Source: Dendrobates tinctorius (taxonomy: Eukaryota). From it: a stretch of 64,000 nucleotides of DNA. Positions 11,471 through 24,706 of this stretch are shown piece after piece. The stretch spans positions 8,928,001-8,992,000 of the forward strand of contig NW_027361754.1 of assembly GCF_039654945.1 (NCBI RefSeq). The letters are read 5' to 3'. Both the position numbers and the translations under genes were made by a program. The notes below the pieces were generated by a model. The model searched no databases. It worked only from the letters and a program-made list of their open reading frames with translations, and was not told the origin of the DNA. Position 1 is the stretch's first letter; each line of letters starts with the position of its first letter.

Positions 11471-12583
11471 GTGTTTAAGGGATATAGTAAGGGCAGAGAT
11501 GAGGAAACCCTAAAATCCCTGTCCCAACCAGAGAGTGTAAGGGGTGAAGACCCGGTGGAGTCGGATTCCTCGACAGAGTGGAGGAGAAGTAAGGGCTCCC
11601 ATATTTCATCTCCCTCGTCCTCCTCAGAAGAAGAGGACTCTGGTCGGTTTTGCCTGCCACTCGACCGAGTAGACAAATTGGTAAAAGCGGTCAGAGGAAT
11701 AATGGAGGTGGAGGAGCCGAAGCCTCAATTATCCATGCAGGATGTGATGTTCGGGGGTCTGGAGCAGAGGAAGCGTAGGGTCTTCCCACTAAACGAAAAG
11801 ATCCAGGATCTCATCCGCAGAGAGTGGAAAAAGCCAGAGAAAAGAGGGTCGCTACCACCAGCCCTCAAGCGGAGATATCCCTTTGACGATACAGCAATGA
11901 ATACTTGGGACAAGGCCCCCAAATTAGATGCAGCTATTGCGAAAGCATCGAAAAAATCCTCGCTACCCTTTGAGGACATGGGGTCCCTTAAAGATCCTCT
12001 AGACAGGAAGGCAGATACCTTCCTTAAAAATACCTGGGAGATGGCAGCCGGTTCCTTAAGACCAGCAGTAGCATCGACTTGCACGGCCAGGTCCATGATG
12101 GTCTGGTTGGACCAGTTAGAGTCGCAGTTAAAACAGGGAACATCTAGACAGGCAATCCTGGGGGCCCTTCCAATAATCCAGGATGGCGCAGCCTTCCTAG
12201 CGGATGCCTCGGCTGATGCAGTCAGAATGGCCGCCAGGGCAGCAGGACTCTCTAATGCGGCTCGGGGAACCCTGTGGCTGAAGTGCTGGCCGAGAGATAT
12301 TCAGTCCAGGGCGAAACTCTGTACTATCCCGTGTGAGGGGGAATATTTATTCGGAGCAGTCCTGGACGAATTACTGGAGAAGGCCGGGGATGATAAAAAG
12401 AAATTCCCAAACCTTTGGTCCGCATCTTACCGTCGTCCGTTTAATAGGAGGAGATTTGGTCAAGGGAGAAGGCGTAACCCTTCACCTAATAGAGACCGTC
12501 CCAGATGGGAGGATAGAAGGAGAAGAGGTACGGGCTTCATGTTCAGACGCTCGTCGAGAGAGCGAAAAAGACAAAACCAATGA
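11471..12583 (+). CDS. DIRS gag-like ORF1 (main part)
   Basis: LKRRYPF...W.KAPKLDAAI...LKDPLDRKAD...LWLK.W...EGEYLFG motifs, homologous to ORF 50999-51880. The N-terminal CxxC segment is frameshifted. Confidence 0.85.
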   Translation: MFKGYSKGRDEETLKSLSQPESVRGEDPVESDSSTEWRRSKGSHISSPSSSSEEEDSGRFCLPLDRVDKLVKAVRGIMEVEEPKPQLSMQDVMFGGLEQRKRRVFPLNEKIQDLIRREWKKPEKRGSLPPALKRRYPFDDTAMNTWDKAPKLDAAIAKASKKSSLPFEDMGSLKDPLDRKADTFLKNTWEMAAGSLRPAVASTCTARSMMVWLDQLESQLKQGTSRQAILGALPIIQDGAAFLADASADAVRMAARAAGLSNAARGTLWLKCWPRDIQSRAKLCTIPCEGEYLFGAVLDELLEKAGDDKKKFPNLWSASYRRPFNRRRFGQGRRRNPSPNRDRPRWEDRRRRGTGFMFRRSSRERKRQNQ

Positions 12584-12595
12584 CTAGCGATTCCC

Positions 12596-14474
12596 ATGGA
12601 GGGTAGACTGTCATCCTTCCTCCCAGCATGGCTACAGGTCACCAATAGTGACTGGGTGCGGAATGTGATATCCACCGGACTCAGGTTGGAGTTCACTCAA
12701 GTCCCACGGGATACCTTTAAACCAACACCCTTAAGGTCTTCACCCTTCGAGCAAGCGGCTTTAGAAGCAGAGGTCTTGAACCTGTGTCTAAAAAACGTTC
12801 TGATAGAGGTTCCAGAATCTGAGAGAGGAAGAGGATTCTACTCTCCCTTATTCCTAATCCAAAAGCCGGATAAAACATTCAGAACGATTATTAATTTACG
12901 TTTTCTTAATGAATTTTTGGTTAAACGCACCTTTAAAATGGAATCCATTAGTTCTACAATAAAGATGCTGTTTGAAGGGTGTTTTATGGCAGTAGTGGAC
13001 TTAAAAGACGCATACTATCATGTGCCCATCCACGCAGATTTCCAGCAGTTCCTGAGAGTGGCGATATCAATAGACGGTATAATCCGTCATTATCAATATA
13101 GGGCCCTTCCCTTTGGTCTCTCAGCAGCGCCCCGGGTATTTACAAAAATAGTGGCCGAGGTTATGGCTCATTTACGGGAAGTTGACATCTTAGTTATCCC
13201 ATACTTGGATGATTTTGTGATTGTGGGAAATTCAGTGGACCATTGTCTATCTCAGATTAAAAAAGCTAAGTGCAGATTAGAGAACCTCGGATGGATTATA
13301 AATTACGAAAAGTCCCGATTTCAGCCCTTAAAGGTCCAGAAGTTTCTAGGCTTGCTGTTAAATTCAGAAACCCAGCAGTGTCTGTTACCCGTAGATAAAT
13401 TACAGCAGATACAGCAGCAGGTTCTTCGGGCAATCGATAGACCCTCCATGACCCTCAGGCAGGCCATGTCCCTGTTAGGCTCCCTAACCTCATGTATCCC
13501 AGCGGTCAAGTGGGCACAATTCCACACTAGGGCCCTTCAGAATGACGTCCTGGTTAATAGCAGAACCTTAGAGGGCTTCTTGCAGGGTCAGGTATTGCTA
13601 AGCTCCTCAACTATTACATCTCTTAGGTGGTGGCTCGATGTCGGAAATTTAGCCTCGGGGGTGCCCTGGGTGATACAGATATCCCGCGTAGTAATCACAG
13701 ACGCTAGTCCTTGGGGTTGGGGGGCCCATATGGGGGACATAGTGGTACAGGGACAGTGGGACTCCGATGCTGAGATCTCATCTAACCAGAGGGAGCTGCT
13801 GGCGATTGAATTGGCCATTAAAAAACTCATTATGTATCTACAGGGCCATCATGTGAGGATACTCTCGGACAACCAGGTAGCGGTAGCCTATGTCAACCAC
13901 CAAGGTGGAACCCGCTCCAACGCCCTGATGCGGATAACGGAACGTCTCCTTCAGATAGCAGAGAAAAATTTTCTATCTTTAACCGCGCTCCACATCAGCG
14001 GAAAAGACAACATGAAGGCAGACTTTCTAAGCCGCAGGGCCCTAAGGCAGGGAGAATGTGCCTTAAACTCAGACATCTACAATCAGATTGTCCGCAAATG
14101 GGGTCGACCGGAGGTGGACCTCTTTGCCACCAAGGAAAACAGGAAGGAAAAAACTTTGTTCCCTAAATCCCAGGGAAAATCCACTGGCAGTGGACGCCCT
14201 CCTAATAAAATGGGACTTCTCGCTGGCTTACGCCTTTCCGCCTTTGAACCTTCTACCTCTGGTAGTGAGGAAGATCAGGGAAGACTGGGCAAGAGTCATA
14301 TTGATTGCCCCCTTCTGGCCCAGAAGGACCTGGTTTGCATGGTTGAGGACCATGTCAGTAGGCGATCCTTGGGTACTGCCGAACCTTCCAGATCTCCTCT
14401 ACCAGGGGCCAGTCAACCACCCACAAGTAGCGGGACTCCGTTTGACGGCATGGTGTTTGAGAGGACACTATTGA
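12596..14474 (+). pseudogene. DIRS reverse transcriptase-RNase H-adenine methyltransferase-like ORF, frameshifted near 14150
   Basis: DLKDAYYH, LPFGLSAAP, YLDD, TDAS..GWGA, SDN. The MT-like motifs VDLFA and YAFPP...APFWP are split across two frames. Confidence 0.9.
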
Positions 14475-15480
14475 GGGATAGAGGGTTCTCAGAAAATGTA
14501 ATCGATACACTCCTAAAAAGTAGGAAACAAACCACCACAGGTATATATGCTAGAACCTGGAGGCGATTCCTGTCCACCTGTGAGTTTAATATCAGGGATG
14601 GAATACCTGTAAAACAGATCCTAGAATTCCTCCAGAGGGGTCTCGAGTTGGGCCTTTCCACTAGCACATTGAAAGAGCAAGTTTCAGCTTTAGGGGCCCT
14701 ATTTGCATGCGACATTGCCGGTAACCATTGGGTAGCGAGATTCATTAAGGCAGTTACCAGATCAAGACCCATACTCAAAGATAGGTGTATGCCTTGGGAC
14801 TTAAATTTAGTCCTGACAGCCATGACAGAGAAACCGTTTGAACCTCTGGATTCTGCTTCACTAAAGATGATATCACTTAAGACAGCCTTTTTGGTAGCAA
14901 TAACATCTGCACGTAGAATAGGCGACATACAGGCACTTTCCAGATTACCTCCATACACAGAATTCTTACAGGATAGAGTAATCCTAAGGCCAGACCCGGC
15001 ATACCTTCCCAAGGTAGCATCTCATTTTCATAGGACACAAGAGATAGTTCTGCCTTCCTCCCTAATCCAACCAATCCTAAAGAACAAAGACTTCAGGCTC
15101 TAGATGTTAAGAGATGCCTACTTAAATATTTAGCAGCCACAGATCCTTGGAGGAAGGAGAATTCATTATTTTTATCCTTCCAAGGTCCCAGGAAAGGGTA
15201 TAGAGTGTCAAAGCGCACGTTAGCAAGGTGGATTAGGGAGGCTATCTCTCTTGCCTACACAGCAGGTGGGGGTCCGGCTCCACAGAACCTGAGGGCGCAT
15301 TCCACCCGTGCCATGGCATCATCCTGGGCAGAGAGATCGGGAGTATCAATTGACCAAATATGTAAGGCGGCCACCTGGTCATCTCCTTCCACCTTTTTTA
15401 ACCACTATCGGTTAGACATGTGTGCCTCCTCAGACCTCACCTTCGGGCTAAGGGTGCTGCAGGCTGTAGTCCCTCCCTAA
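14450..15480 (+). pseudogene. DIRS tyrosine recombinase, frameshifted near 15060
   Basis: TSARRIGD (catalytic R), HSTR, ATWSS..TF..HY. Confidence 0.9.
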
Positions 15481-16419
15481 TTTAGTTTACATCTCTGTAA
15501 TTCTCTCGTGGTGCTGTCATGGGAGTCTGAATAAAGTATTAAGTTACGTACCGGTAACGGTATTTTTCGGAAGCCCATGACAGCACCCTTAGTTCCCTCC
15601 CTTGTTCACGTAGAAGGGTGCACCCCTTTAGAGGATTGTTTTTGCGAGTTCACCTTATGTGGGAGATGGTTTAAAGAATTGTAAATAGGATAGATAGGTT
15701 GTATATATTGTGTATATGCGGTGTACTAACCATGGTAGCCTCTCAAGCTCTGTAATCCAACTGATGCGTGGGAGAGGTGCCGCCCTTTTTGTATCTGTAG
15801 GTTTCCTGTTCCCTCTCTCGTGGTGCTGTCATGGGCTTCCGAAAAATACCGTTACCGGTACGTAACTTAATACTATCCTGGATATTGCTACCTTCATTAG
15901 CTCTTATATATCAGCACAGCTTCATTCCTGAAATGATTTTCCCTATATGTGCTTACCTCCACCCTACCTGAGACTATAGATGCTTTTTCACTCCACTATG
16001 CCATGTATAACCCCCTCACTGCTGCTGCTTCTAACACTGAGAGAAGTCAGGGGGGAGAGCAGAAAGAGCCCTCACAATCAGGAGCAGAGCTCTTACGGAA
16101 TCTGCAGAGCAGCCAGCTTAGTGAAGGACTGCAGCAGCAAAATGAAGAATATTTACAAGGTTGCGTCATTTTACATTCAGGAAGCAAATAATAAAAAAAT
16201 AATAAAAAAGTTTCGGGTCACTTTTTAAAATAAACTTGCATGTGTGTACATGATTCAATACATGACTTGTATCTTAACATTTTTTAGCATGTTTTCCCAT
16301 CAATAGCTTCTTCCTAAAATTTCAAGTTGTCTTTGAGCCTATGGGAGTAGACGAGCTGCTTTTTTTCCCATACACAACACACAGAAATGGGGGATTCCTG
16401 CTCCCCTGTCTCTATGTAG

Positions 16420-17160
16420 CATGTTCAGGAGCAGAAGCATGGAGCACATTATAATACAGTACTGAGCAGTGTAGCTGTAAATCCAGCCCTGGAGTGAGAT
16501 AAAACACTTACTAGACAGCAACAGCATGGAGGACATACTGCAGTACTTAGCTGTGTAGCTGTAAATCCAAGTCTTGAGAAAGATAAAACACATACTAGAC
16601 AGCAGTAGTAGCATGAAGGACATGCTGAAGCACTAAGCAGTGTAGCTGTAAATCCAGGTCTGGGGTGAGATAAAACACTTATGAGACAGCAGCAGCATGG
16701 AGGACATACTGCAGTACTAAGCAGTGTAGCAGTAAATACAGCTTTGGAATGAGATGAAACCCGTATTAGACGCAGCATTGAGGACATGCTGCAGTACAAG
16801 TAGTGCAGCTGTAAATCCAGGCCTAGGGTAAGATAAACCACTTACTAGACAGCAGCAACATGGAGGCCATACTTCAGTACTTAGCAGTGTAGATATATAT
16901 CCAGATCTGGGGTGAGGTAAAACACTTTCTAGACAGAAGCAACATGGAGGGCATACTGCAATACTAAGCAATGTAACTGTAAATTCAGGTCTAAGGTAAG
17001 ATAAAACACTTACTAGATAGCAGCAGCATGGAGGACATACTGCAGTACTAAGCAGTGTAGCTATAAATCGAGGTGTCGGGTGAGATAAAACACGCACTAG
17101 ATAGCAGCAGCATGGAGGACATTATACTACAATACTAAACAGTGAAGCTGTGAATCCAGC
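16420..17160. repeat. Degenerate ~85-bp tandem repeat (CAGCAGCATGGAGGACATACTGCAGTACTAAGCAGTGTAGCTGTAAATCC...)
   Basis: About 9 diverged copies. Confidence 0.85.
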
Positions 17161-18489
17161 ACTGGACACTACAAATCTGCCCCCATGGGTCTACCTGTGC
17201 CTCTCTTTATCTACTCTCTGTTTCCTCTCCAAAAACTTCAATGTCAGCTGTAATCTGATCTCTGTGAGCTGACAGTCTGTTTTTGCAGGATAGATTTTAG
17301 GGTAAATGATGAGTTGAGCTGGAGAAGTGGCTCATAAGTGGATAAAGAAGACGAAATCTCTGATAAGATTTATTGCAAAGTTTTTTATATTCCTTTGTTC
17401 TATTAATTTATGCAAATTTTGTTGTATTAAGGAGGGAATTTTCTTATCTATTATTCCACATTACAGATCTCCCATTGAATAAAAACATATAAACTAAAAC
17501 TCCCCACCTTTGTGTTGTGATCCAGACACTGCACCTTATTCTTTGTTTAATTCTTTTATGCTATTGTTTTGTTTGTTTTTGTATCATTTGCCGATTTCTC
17601 CCCTTTATTTTATCAGTGATGGGATATAGCACCGCGGATTTGGGGTGACCCATCCTCCCGGCTTCTTATGTTGGGTTTATCCAGAATAATTTTAGCCCTG
17701 TGCCCCAGACTGTCCAGGTGCAGACGTAGGGACCCCATTAATGTCTACACCTGGCGGTGTAATATCCAGAGGCGAGTGCCGATCAGAGGCCTGGTAATAC
17801 CTCCTCAAGGTGACGCCAGTACGAGGAGCTCACAGCGGGCACAGGGTGAGTGAACATCGCCAACTGTTTAAATTTTACATTATTTCTCCTCTTTTTATAC
17901 GTTGCCGCCTTCCACATTTGCTTTGTTGCCCTTTGCAGAATCGGAGTTTTCCTTTCCTATTTATTTTATATCTTATACTTCAGTTGCTTCCAAAGCTGCA
18001 TGGAAAAATGGACAATCCTTGTGCAAAGGTGGTTAGAATCTGATCGGGCAGTCGTGTGTATAGGTGGCCATAAACCTTACAGATATATTGCCCATCCAAT
18101 GGTTATGGGGGCCTCCCGAACCTCCTCCCAACTCGGAGAGGAAATACTCCGCTCTTCTAATTGAAAACGTGCATGCTCGGTCGACTCCAGTGTGCATGAG
18201 TAAAGGGGAGTCAGAGGAGGATGCTGACGGTCCATCTGCCCCTTTTCTACTGTCTGCAGATTAGCAAGAAGCCAAAGTCTTTGTAGTCGGTCCTCTTGGA
18301 GGCACAATGCTCTTTATAGGGGCTGTATATATAGGAGATTTTCACTCAAGACTATATACAAAGTATTTTTTTTTTACTTTCCATATGTATTAAAGAAAAT
18401 ACATTAGATTCAAAAGTGTAATGAATATTTGGACCATCTGCTAAGCAGCACAGGCTCGAATTATGTTACTCCCATTCAGTAGGAGTGTA

Positions 18490-19526
18490 CATAGCATATG
18501 TTGCATGCATTCACCTGTATATGCACATACTGTAGTATATGCTGTATGCATGCAACTATATATACACATAGTATATTCGTCAGTATATGCAGCATGCATG
18601 CACCTGTATATGCACCTGTATATGTTGCATGCATGCACCTGTATATGCACATATAGTAGTATATGCTCCTGTATATGCACAAACTGTAGTATATGCACCC
18701 GTATATGTTGCATGCATGCACCTGTATATGCACATACTGTAGTATATGCACCCGTATACACTACTGTTCAAAAGTTTAGGGTCACTTAGAAATGTCCTTA
18801 TTTTTTAAATACTGTAGTATATGCAGCTGAATATGCTGTATTCATGCAACTGTATATACACATAGTATATTCACCAGTATATGCAGCATGCATGCACCTG
18901 AATATGCACATACTGTAGTATATGTACCTAACTGTATATACACAGTACAGACCAAAAGTTTGGACACACCTTCTCATTCAAAGAGTTTTCTTTATTTTCA
19001 TGACTATGAAAATTGTAGATTCACTCTGAATGCAATATGCTAAAGGAACCATGAGTGAACCCTGACTGGGGTGAGATAACTGAGGCTAGAAAGCCTGTGT
19101 ATGTTTAACCTGTGTGACCACAGGGATTACAGAGCTGAACTCTGTCATGGACGCTATGCTGTTATAAGAACTTTATGTTGCTATGGGTTTATGCTGCTGA
19201 ATAAACCGCATGGACTGTTATGAATTTATGGAAAATTTGTGCCGGATCAGATTTTGTGGCTGCTGAGCGAGTATCCCCTACTTGAATGACAGCACTACCT
19301 CACAATACTGTATGCACATAGTATATTCACCAGTATATGCATCATGTGTGCACCTGTATATGCACATACTGTAGTATATGCACCCGTATATGTTTCATGC
19401 ATGCACCTGTATATGCACATACTGTAGTATATGCATCTGTATATGCACATTCTGTAGTATATGCACCTGTATATGCTGTATGCAGGCAACTGTATATGTA
19501 CATACTGTAGTATATGCTCCTGTATA
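18490..19526. repeat. 30-bp satellite (TATATGCACATACTGTAGTATATGCACCTG) interrupted by two Tc1 end fragments (18759-18810, 18948-19030) and an LTR-like 3' fragment (about 19030-19304)
   Basis: Repeat units are visible directly. CACTACTGTTCAAAAGTTT and CAGACCAAAAGTTTGGACAC are Tc1-type termini after TA. The fragment has AATAAA and ends in ...CCTCACA. Confidence 0.8.
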
Positions 19527-21844
19527 TGGTATACGGTATAATAGAAGAACACACGCGGGTTAACATTACCCGGTGTGTACAGAGGCGGACTCTGTTGCTT
19601 CACAGAGCCACACTACCGCTGAACATAAATTCAGGAGCCTATTAAACTTTACAGAGCTTAGCAAGGTAAGCGCTCAGTATACGGTCACAGAACTCAGTCC
19701 AAAAGGACACAGGGTCAGAGTCCCTCTAGACCTACAAAGCGTGTAGCGTCGCAACTGCGGACGCCACTAATTGACGCTGGCTACCGTGGAGTGCCAACCA
19801 AGCCACCACTTGGCGTTGATGCCAGTCTCTGACTCTGCCTCCTACTTGCACCTCAGCCTGGGCGCTAACAGGCTAGGCTACACAACACATGTGTACCAAG
19901 GGTAGGGGTTTCATAATGAGTCATTCACCTGAAACATTCATACATGCATACAACACTCACTCCACATGCTCTATAAACCTTTTCTATATTAGCGCATGGT
20001 TGCAGTGTCACGATCCATTTTTGGATCTGTGTCAGTTTGGGCTGCTCACATTTAAAATTTTTTCCTTTATGGCCATCGGGGGTTAAGGTCAGTTTTTCCC
20101 CCCGGTGGCCGCTGGTGTTACTACATGTTTAGTTAGTCTGCTGCTATAAGGTCACCTGAGGCATCAGCTGCTGTTGATGATACACTTACATTTGGATACC
20201 AACTGTGGTCAAGACAGGAGCTGGCTGAGAGCAGTGGTGCTTCTGCTGAATGCTGATCTGGTGCCTTACTCTGCTGCTCGGTGCATTGCAGCAGAGAAAT
20301 CTAAGTGTTGTTTGTCTTACCTTGTCTGTTATCTTTCCTTGGTGTTATATTAGTGCAGCGGTGGGACCAGTGTCCGCACTTACCAATTCCCTATTGAGGG
20401 ATAGGTGCAGGGTACGGCATCACGCTCTCTCCCGCACCTGAAATCCACTGCCTCGGAGTAACTCTCGACTCTGCCCTGTCCTTCAAACCACACGTCCAAT
20501 ATCTTGCCACCTCCTGTCGCATCCAACTCAAAAATATTTCCAGAATCCATCCCTTCCTCAGTCCTCAATCTACTAAAACTCTTGTACATGCCCTCATCAT
20601 CTCCCGCCTTGACTACTGCAACACTCTCCTCTGTGGCCTCCCTGCTAACTGTCTTGCACCACTCCAGTCAGTCCTCAATTCTGCTGCCCGACTAATCCAC
20701 CTGTCTCCCCCCTCTGCAAATCCCTCCATTGGCTCCCAATTCCCTAACGAATCCAGTTTAAACTACTAACACTGACCTACAAAGCCAAAAAGCCATCCAC
20801 AACTTTTCCCCTCCCTATATCTCTGAACTAATCTCCCAATATCTTGCCTCACGTAATCTTTGATCCTCCCAAGACCTCCTACTCTCCTCCACACATATTC
20901 GTTCCTCACACAACCGCCTCCAAGATTTCTCCCGTATATCCCCTATACTCTGGAATGCCATGCCTCAACACGTCCGATTATCCATCACCCTCAGATCCTT
21001 CAAACGGAACTTGAAAACCCATCTTTTCAGGAAAGCTTACAGCCTGCAATAACCATTCTGCCGCCTCATCACTACCAGAGCTGCTGCACCCCCGACCTTC
21101 TGTCTCTTCCCCACCATCCCGTAGAATGTAAGTCCGCAAGGACAGGGTCCTCTCCCCTCTGTACCAGTCTGTCATCGTAAATTTGTTTACTGGTAAAGAT
21201 ATCTATAACATTGTATGTAACCTCCCTTCTCATGTACAGCACCATGGAATTAATGGCGCTATATAAATAAATAATAATAAGTGAGGGAGGAGGTACCCTG
21301 CTCGGCGACAGGTTGAAAGAACCTGTATAGGGACGTCAGGTTAGTCCAGGACTCAGCCGCAGCAGAGTGCAGGAGGTGTCCCTTTCCCTGTTCCCTATAG
21401 CAGGGCCCACCGTTGTAATTGTGTCCCCAGTGTCCCCTTGTTTGTCTTGTTGTTTGGTGACCGACCGATCGTCGCGTCACGTCACGCAGGGCCAGTCACA
21501 TATTGTAACATGCAGCCTTCCAGGACCTTCCTGGTGGTCCAATCGGAGCAGCAACAGGACCTGAGCATGTGACCTCCGACCTCCAATGAGAGATCGTCCC
21601 ACGGGCATGCTCAGTAGGAGAAAAGCAGGACTTAGTCCCAGGAGCGTCTGCTCGCCGCTGACTCATGCATGGTACAATAGCTGAGCCTGGAGGAGCAACC
21701 AGATGCCTAGCATTAGCCTGGGCAAGACGCTGGGACCGATGTCTCTGCTGAGCAGGAACCTCTGCGGCCGCAGAAGAATGGGAGACCGCAGAGGACATGG
21801 CTTGAGATTCTCCCTGTGCAGTGGGGGAAACTTGACGCCTAACA
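19527..21844 (-). mobile_element. Probable solo LTR interrupted by further insertions, including an L2 fragment
   Basis: Non-satellite block bounded by TG...CA-like ends (minus strand starts TGTTAGGCG) inside the 30-bp satellite. No coding evidence. Confidence 0.4.
20416..21280 (+). mobile_element. L2/CR1-clade LINE 3' fragment
   Basis: LVHALIISRLDYCN- and HWLPI-like coding remnants. The tail ends in GGCGCTATATAAATAAATAATAATAA. Confidence 0.85.
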
Positions 21845-21902
21845 ATATGCACCCGTATATATGTTGTATGTATGCACATACTGTAGGATATGCACCTGTA
21901 TA

Positions 21903-23477
21903 CACTACTGATAAAAAGGGTAGGGTCACTTAGAAATTTCCTTATTTTTGAAAGACAAGCGCAGTTTTTTCCAATGAAGCTAACATTAAATGATTCAGAA
22001 ATACACTCTATACATTGTTAAAGTGATAAATGACTATTCTTACTGCAAACGTCTGGTTTGTAATGCAATATCTTCATAGGTGTATAGAGGCCCATTTCCA
22101 ACAACCCTCACTCCAGTGTTCAAATGGTACTTTGTGTTTGCTAACTGTGTAAGAAGGCTAATGGATGGTTAGAATACCCATGAAAACCCTTGTGCAAGTA
22201 TGTTAGCACAGCTGAAAACAGTTTGGCTGATTAGAGAAGCTATAAACCTGACCTTCCTTTGAGCTAGTTGAGAATCTGGAGCATTACATTTGTTGGTTCC
22301 ATTAAACTCTCAAAATGGCCAGAAAAATAGAACTTTCATGTGAAACTCAACAGTCTATTCTTGTTCTTAGAAATGAAGGCTACTCCAAGCGAGAAATTGC
22401 CAAGAAACTGAAAATTTCAGAAGAGAGCACAAACAGGCTCTTACCAGTGTAGAAAGAGAATTGGGAGGCCCCGCTGCACAACTTAGCAACAAGACAAGTA
22501 CATTAGAGTCTGTAGATTGAGGTCCTCAACTGGCAGCTTCATTAAATAATACACACAAAACACCAGTGTCAACGTTTACAGCGAAGAGGCGACTCCTGGA
22601 TACTGGCCTCCAGGGCAGAGTTGCAAAGAAAAAGCCATATCTGAGACTGGCGAATAAAAGAAAAAGATTAATATGGGCAAAAGAACACAAACATTAGACA
22701 GCGGAAGATTAGTAAAAAAAGTGTTATGGACAGACGAATCCAGGTTTGAGGTGTTTGGATCACACATAAGAATATTTGTGAGACGCAGAACAACTGAAAA
22801 GATGCTGGAAGAGTGCCTGACGTCATCTGTCAAGCATGGTGGAGGTAATGTGATGGTCTGGGGTTGCTTTGGTGCTGGTAAAGTGGGAGATTTGTACAAG
22901 GTAAAAGGGATTTTGAATAAGGAAGGCTATCACTCCATTTTGCAACGCCATGCCATACCCTGTGGGCAGCGCTTGATTGGAGCCAATTTCATCCTACAAC
23001 AGGACAATGACCCAAAGCACACCACCAAATTATGCAAGAACTATTTAGGGAAGAAGCAGGCAGCTGGTATTTCATCTGTAATGGAGTGGACAGCGCAGTC
23101 ACCAGATCTCAACCCCAATGAGCTGTTGTGGGAGCAGCTTGACCGTATGGTGCGCAAAAAGTGCCCATCAAGCCAAACCAACTTGTGCGAGGGGCTTCTG
23201 GAAGCATGGGGTGAAATTTCTCCAGATTATCTCAGCAAATTAACTGCTAGAATGCCAAAGATCTGCAATGCTGTAATTGCTGCATCGGGAGCATTCTTTG
23301 ACGAAAGCAAAGTTTGAAGGAGAAAATTATTATTTCAAATAAAAATCTTTTTTCGGACCTTGTCAATGTCTGGACTAGATTCTCAATTCATTTGGCAACT
23401 CATTTGATTAATAAAAGTATGAGTTTTCATGGAAATCACAAAATTGTCTGGTCACCCCAAACTTTTGAACGGTAGTG
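21903..23477 (+). mobile_element. Tc1-family DNA transposon, degenerate
   Basis: Short TIRs flanked by TA. Partial transposase ORF 22673-23317 with WTDESRF, QDNDPKH and SPDLNPNELLW (DD34E-like). Confidence 0.92.
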
Positions 23478-24026
23478 TATGTTGCATGCATGCACCTGTA
23501 TATGCACACACAGTAGTATACGCTCCTGTATATGCACACACTGTAGTATACGCTCCTGTATATGCACACACTGTAGTATATGCACATACTGTAGTATATG
23601 CTCCTTTATATGCACATACTGTAGTATACGCACACACTGTAGTATACGCTCCTGTATATGCACACACTGTAGTATACGCTCCTGTATATGCACACACTGT
23701 AGTATACGCTCCTGTATATGCACACACTGTAGTATACGCTCCTGTATGTGCACACACTGTAGTATACGCTCCTGTATATGCACATACTGTAGTATATGCT
23801 CCTGTATATGCACATACTGTAGTATATGCACATACTGTAGTATATGCTCCTGTATATGCACATGCTCCTGTATATGCACACACGGTAGTATATGCTCCTG
23901 CATATGCACATACTGTTGTATATGCTCATACTGTAGTATATGCACCTGTATATTCACATAGTATGTTTACCAGTATATGCAGCATGCATGCACCTGTATA
24001 TGCACATATTGTAGTATATGCACCTG
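23478..24026. repeat. 30-bp satellite (continuation of the 18490 array)
   Basis: Near-perfect CTGTAGTATACGCTCCTGTATATGCACACA units. Confidence 0.95.
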
Positions 24027-24706
24027 TAACGCTGTCTGTCCTTGGTGTCTGAGGACAGAACAAAGCAAAGAACAGCCTCTGGAGGATCCAGTCTGGCAAT
24101 GTATCCATAGAAGCTGTGCAATGCATCCTCCCCCCTGCGGAGACGCTGCAGAACACTTGAGCACTTCTGAGTTCCTCCACCGGTCACAGATGATCGCTGC
24201 AGGTCCTATTACCATGACATCTTATATTTTGCTTATCATCAGGGTAAAAAAAACAGCCCAAAGCGGACAGACGGGTGGCTGAGCCTGGCATGGGAGCTAA
24301 AACTGCACTGTCCATATACAGTCAGCGGTGTTAGCCAGACGCCCAGACATGGGTCACCCTTGGATTTTTGATCTTTGTACATCTGGGGCGACATGATCCC
24401 GTCCGGCTGTGATGAAATAATTGCGCGGTTTTGGCCGCCGTCTGGTTATCTTCTTACCTCTAACCCCATTTTTCCTTTCCCAAGTGCGATGTGTGCAGGG
24501 GTCAGTGTGAATACATGTACAGTGCCTGGCGTAATAACGCAGAACCGACCGGATTACAACACCCTGATTATGGCATGAGACAGGTTAACCCTTTTCCTGC
24601 CTGGTCCTTGCTTTCCTGGGTCTCTGAGTGGATGGATAAAAAAAAACAGGAAAAGCTATGACAGAATGAATGTATCACTGCAAGTCTGGATTTATTTAAT
24701 TCTTAA

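Larger units (their letters stand above)
10353..15873 (+). mobile_element. DIRS1-type tyrosine-recombinase retrotransposon, end-to-end copy 1
   Basis: Left ITR about 10353-10458 is inverted at about 15757-15835. The internal complementary region at about 15501-15587 matches both termini. Contains gag-like, RT/RNaseH/MT and YR coding regions. Confidence 0.95.

Noticed and set aside
17617-17845. Possible alternative NMNAT1 5' exon (TTTTATCAG ... CAGG|GTGAGT)
   Set aside because: Splice-like signals only; cannot be supported without transcript data
23429-24052. Repetitive ORFs (YAHTVVYAPV etc.), likewise those at 25.3-26.2, 33.3-34.8 and 60.9-63.0 kb
   Set aside because: Translations of minisatellites, open in several frames on both strands
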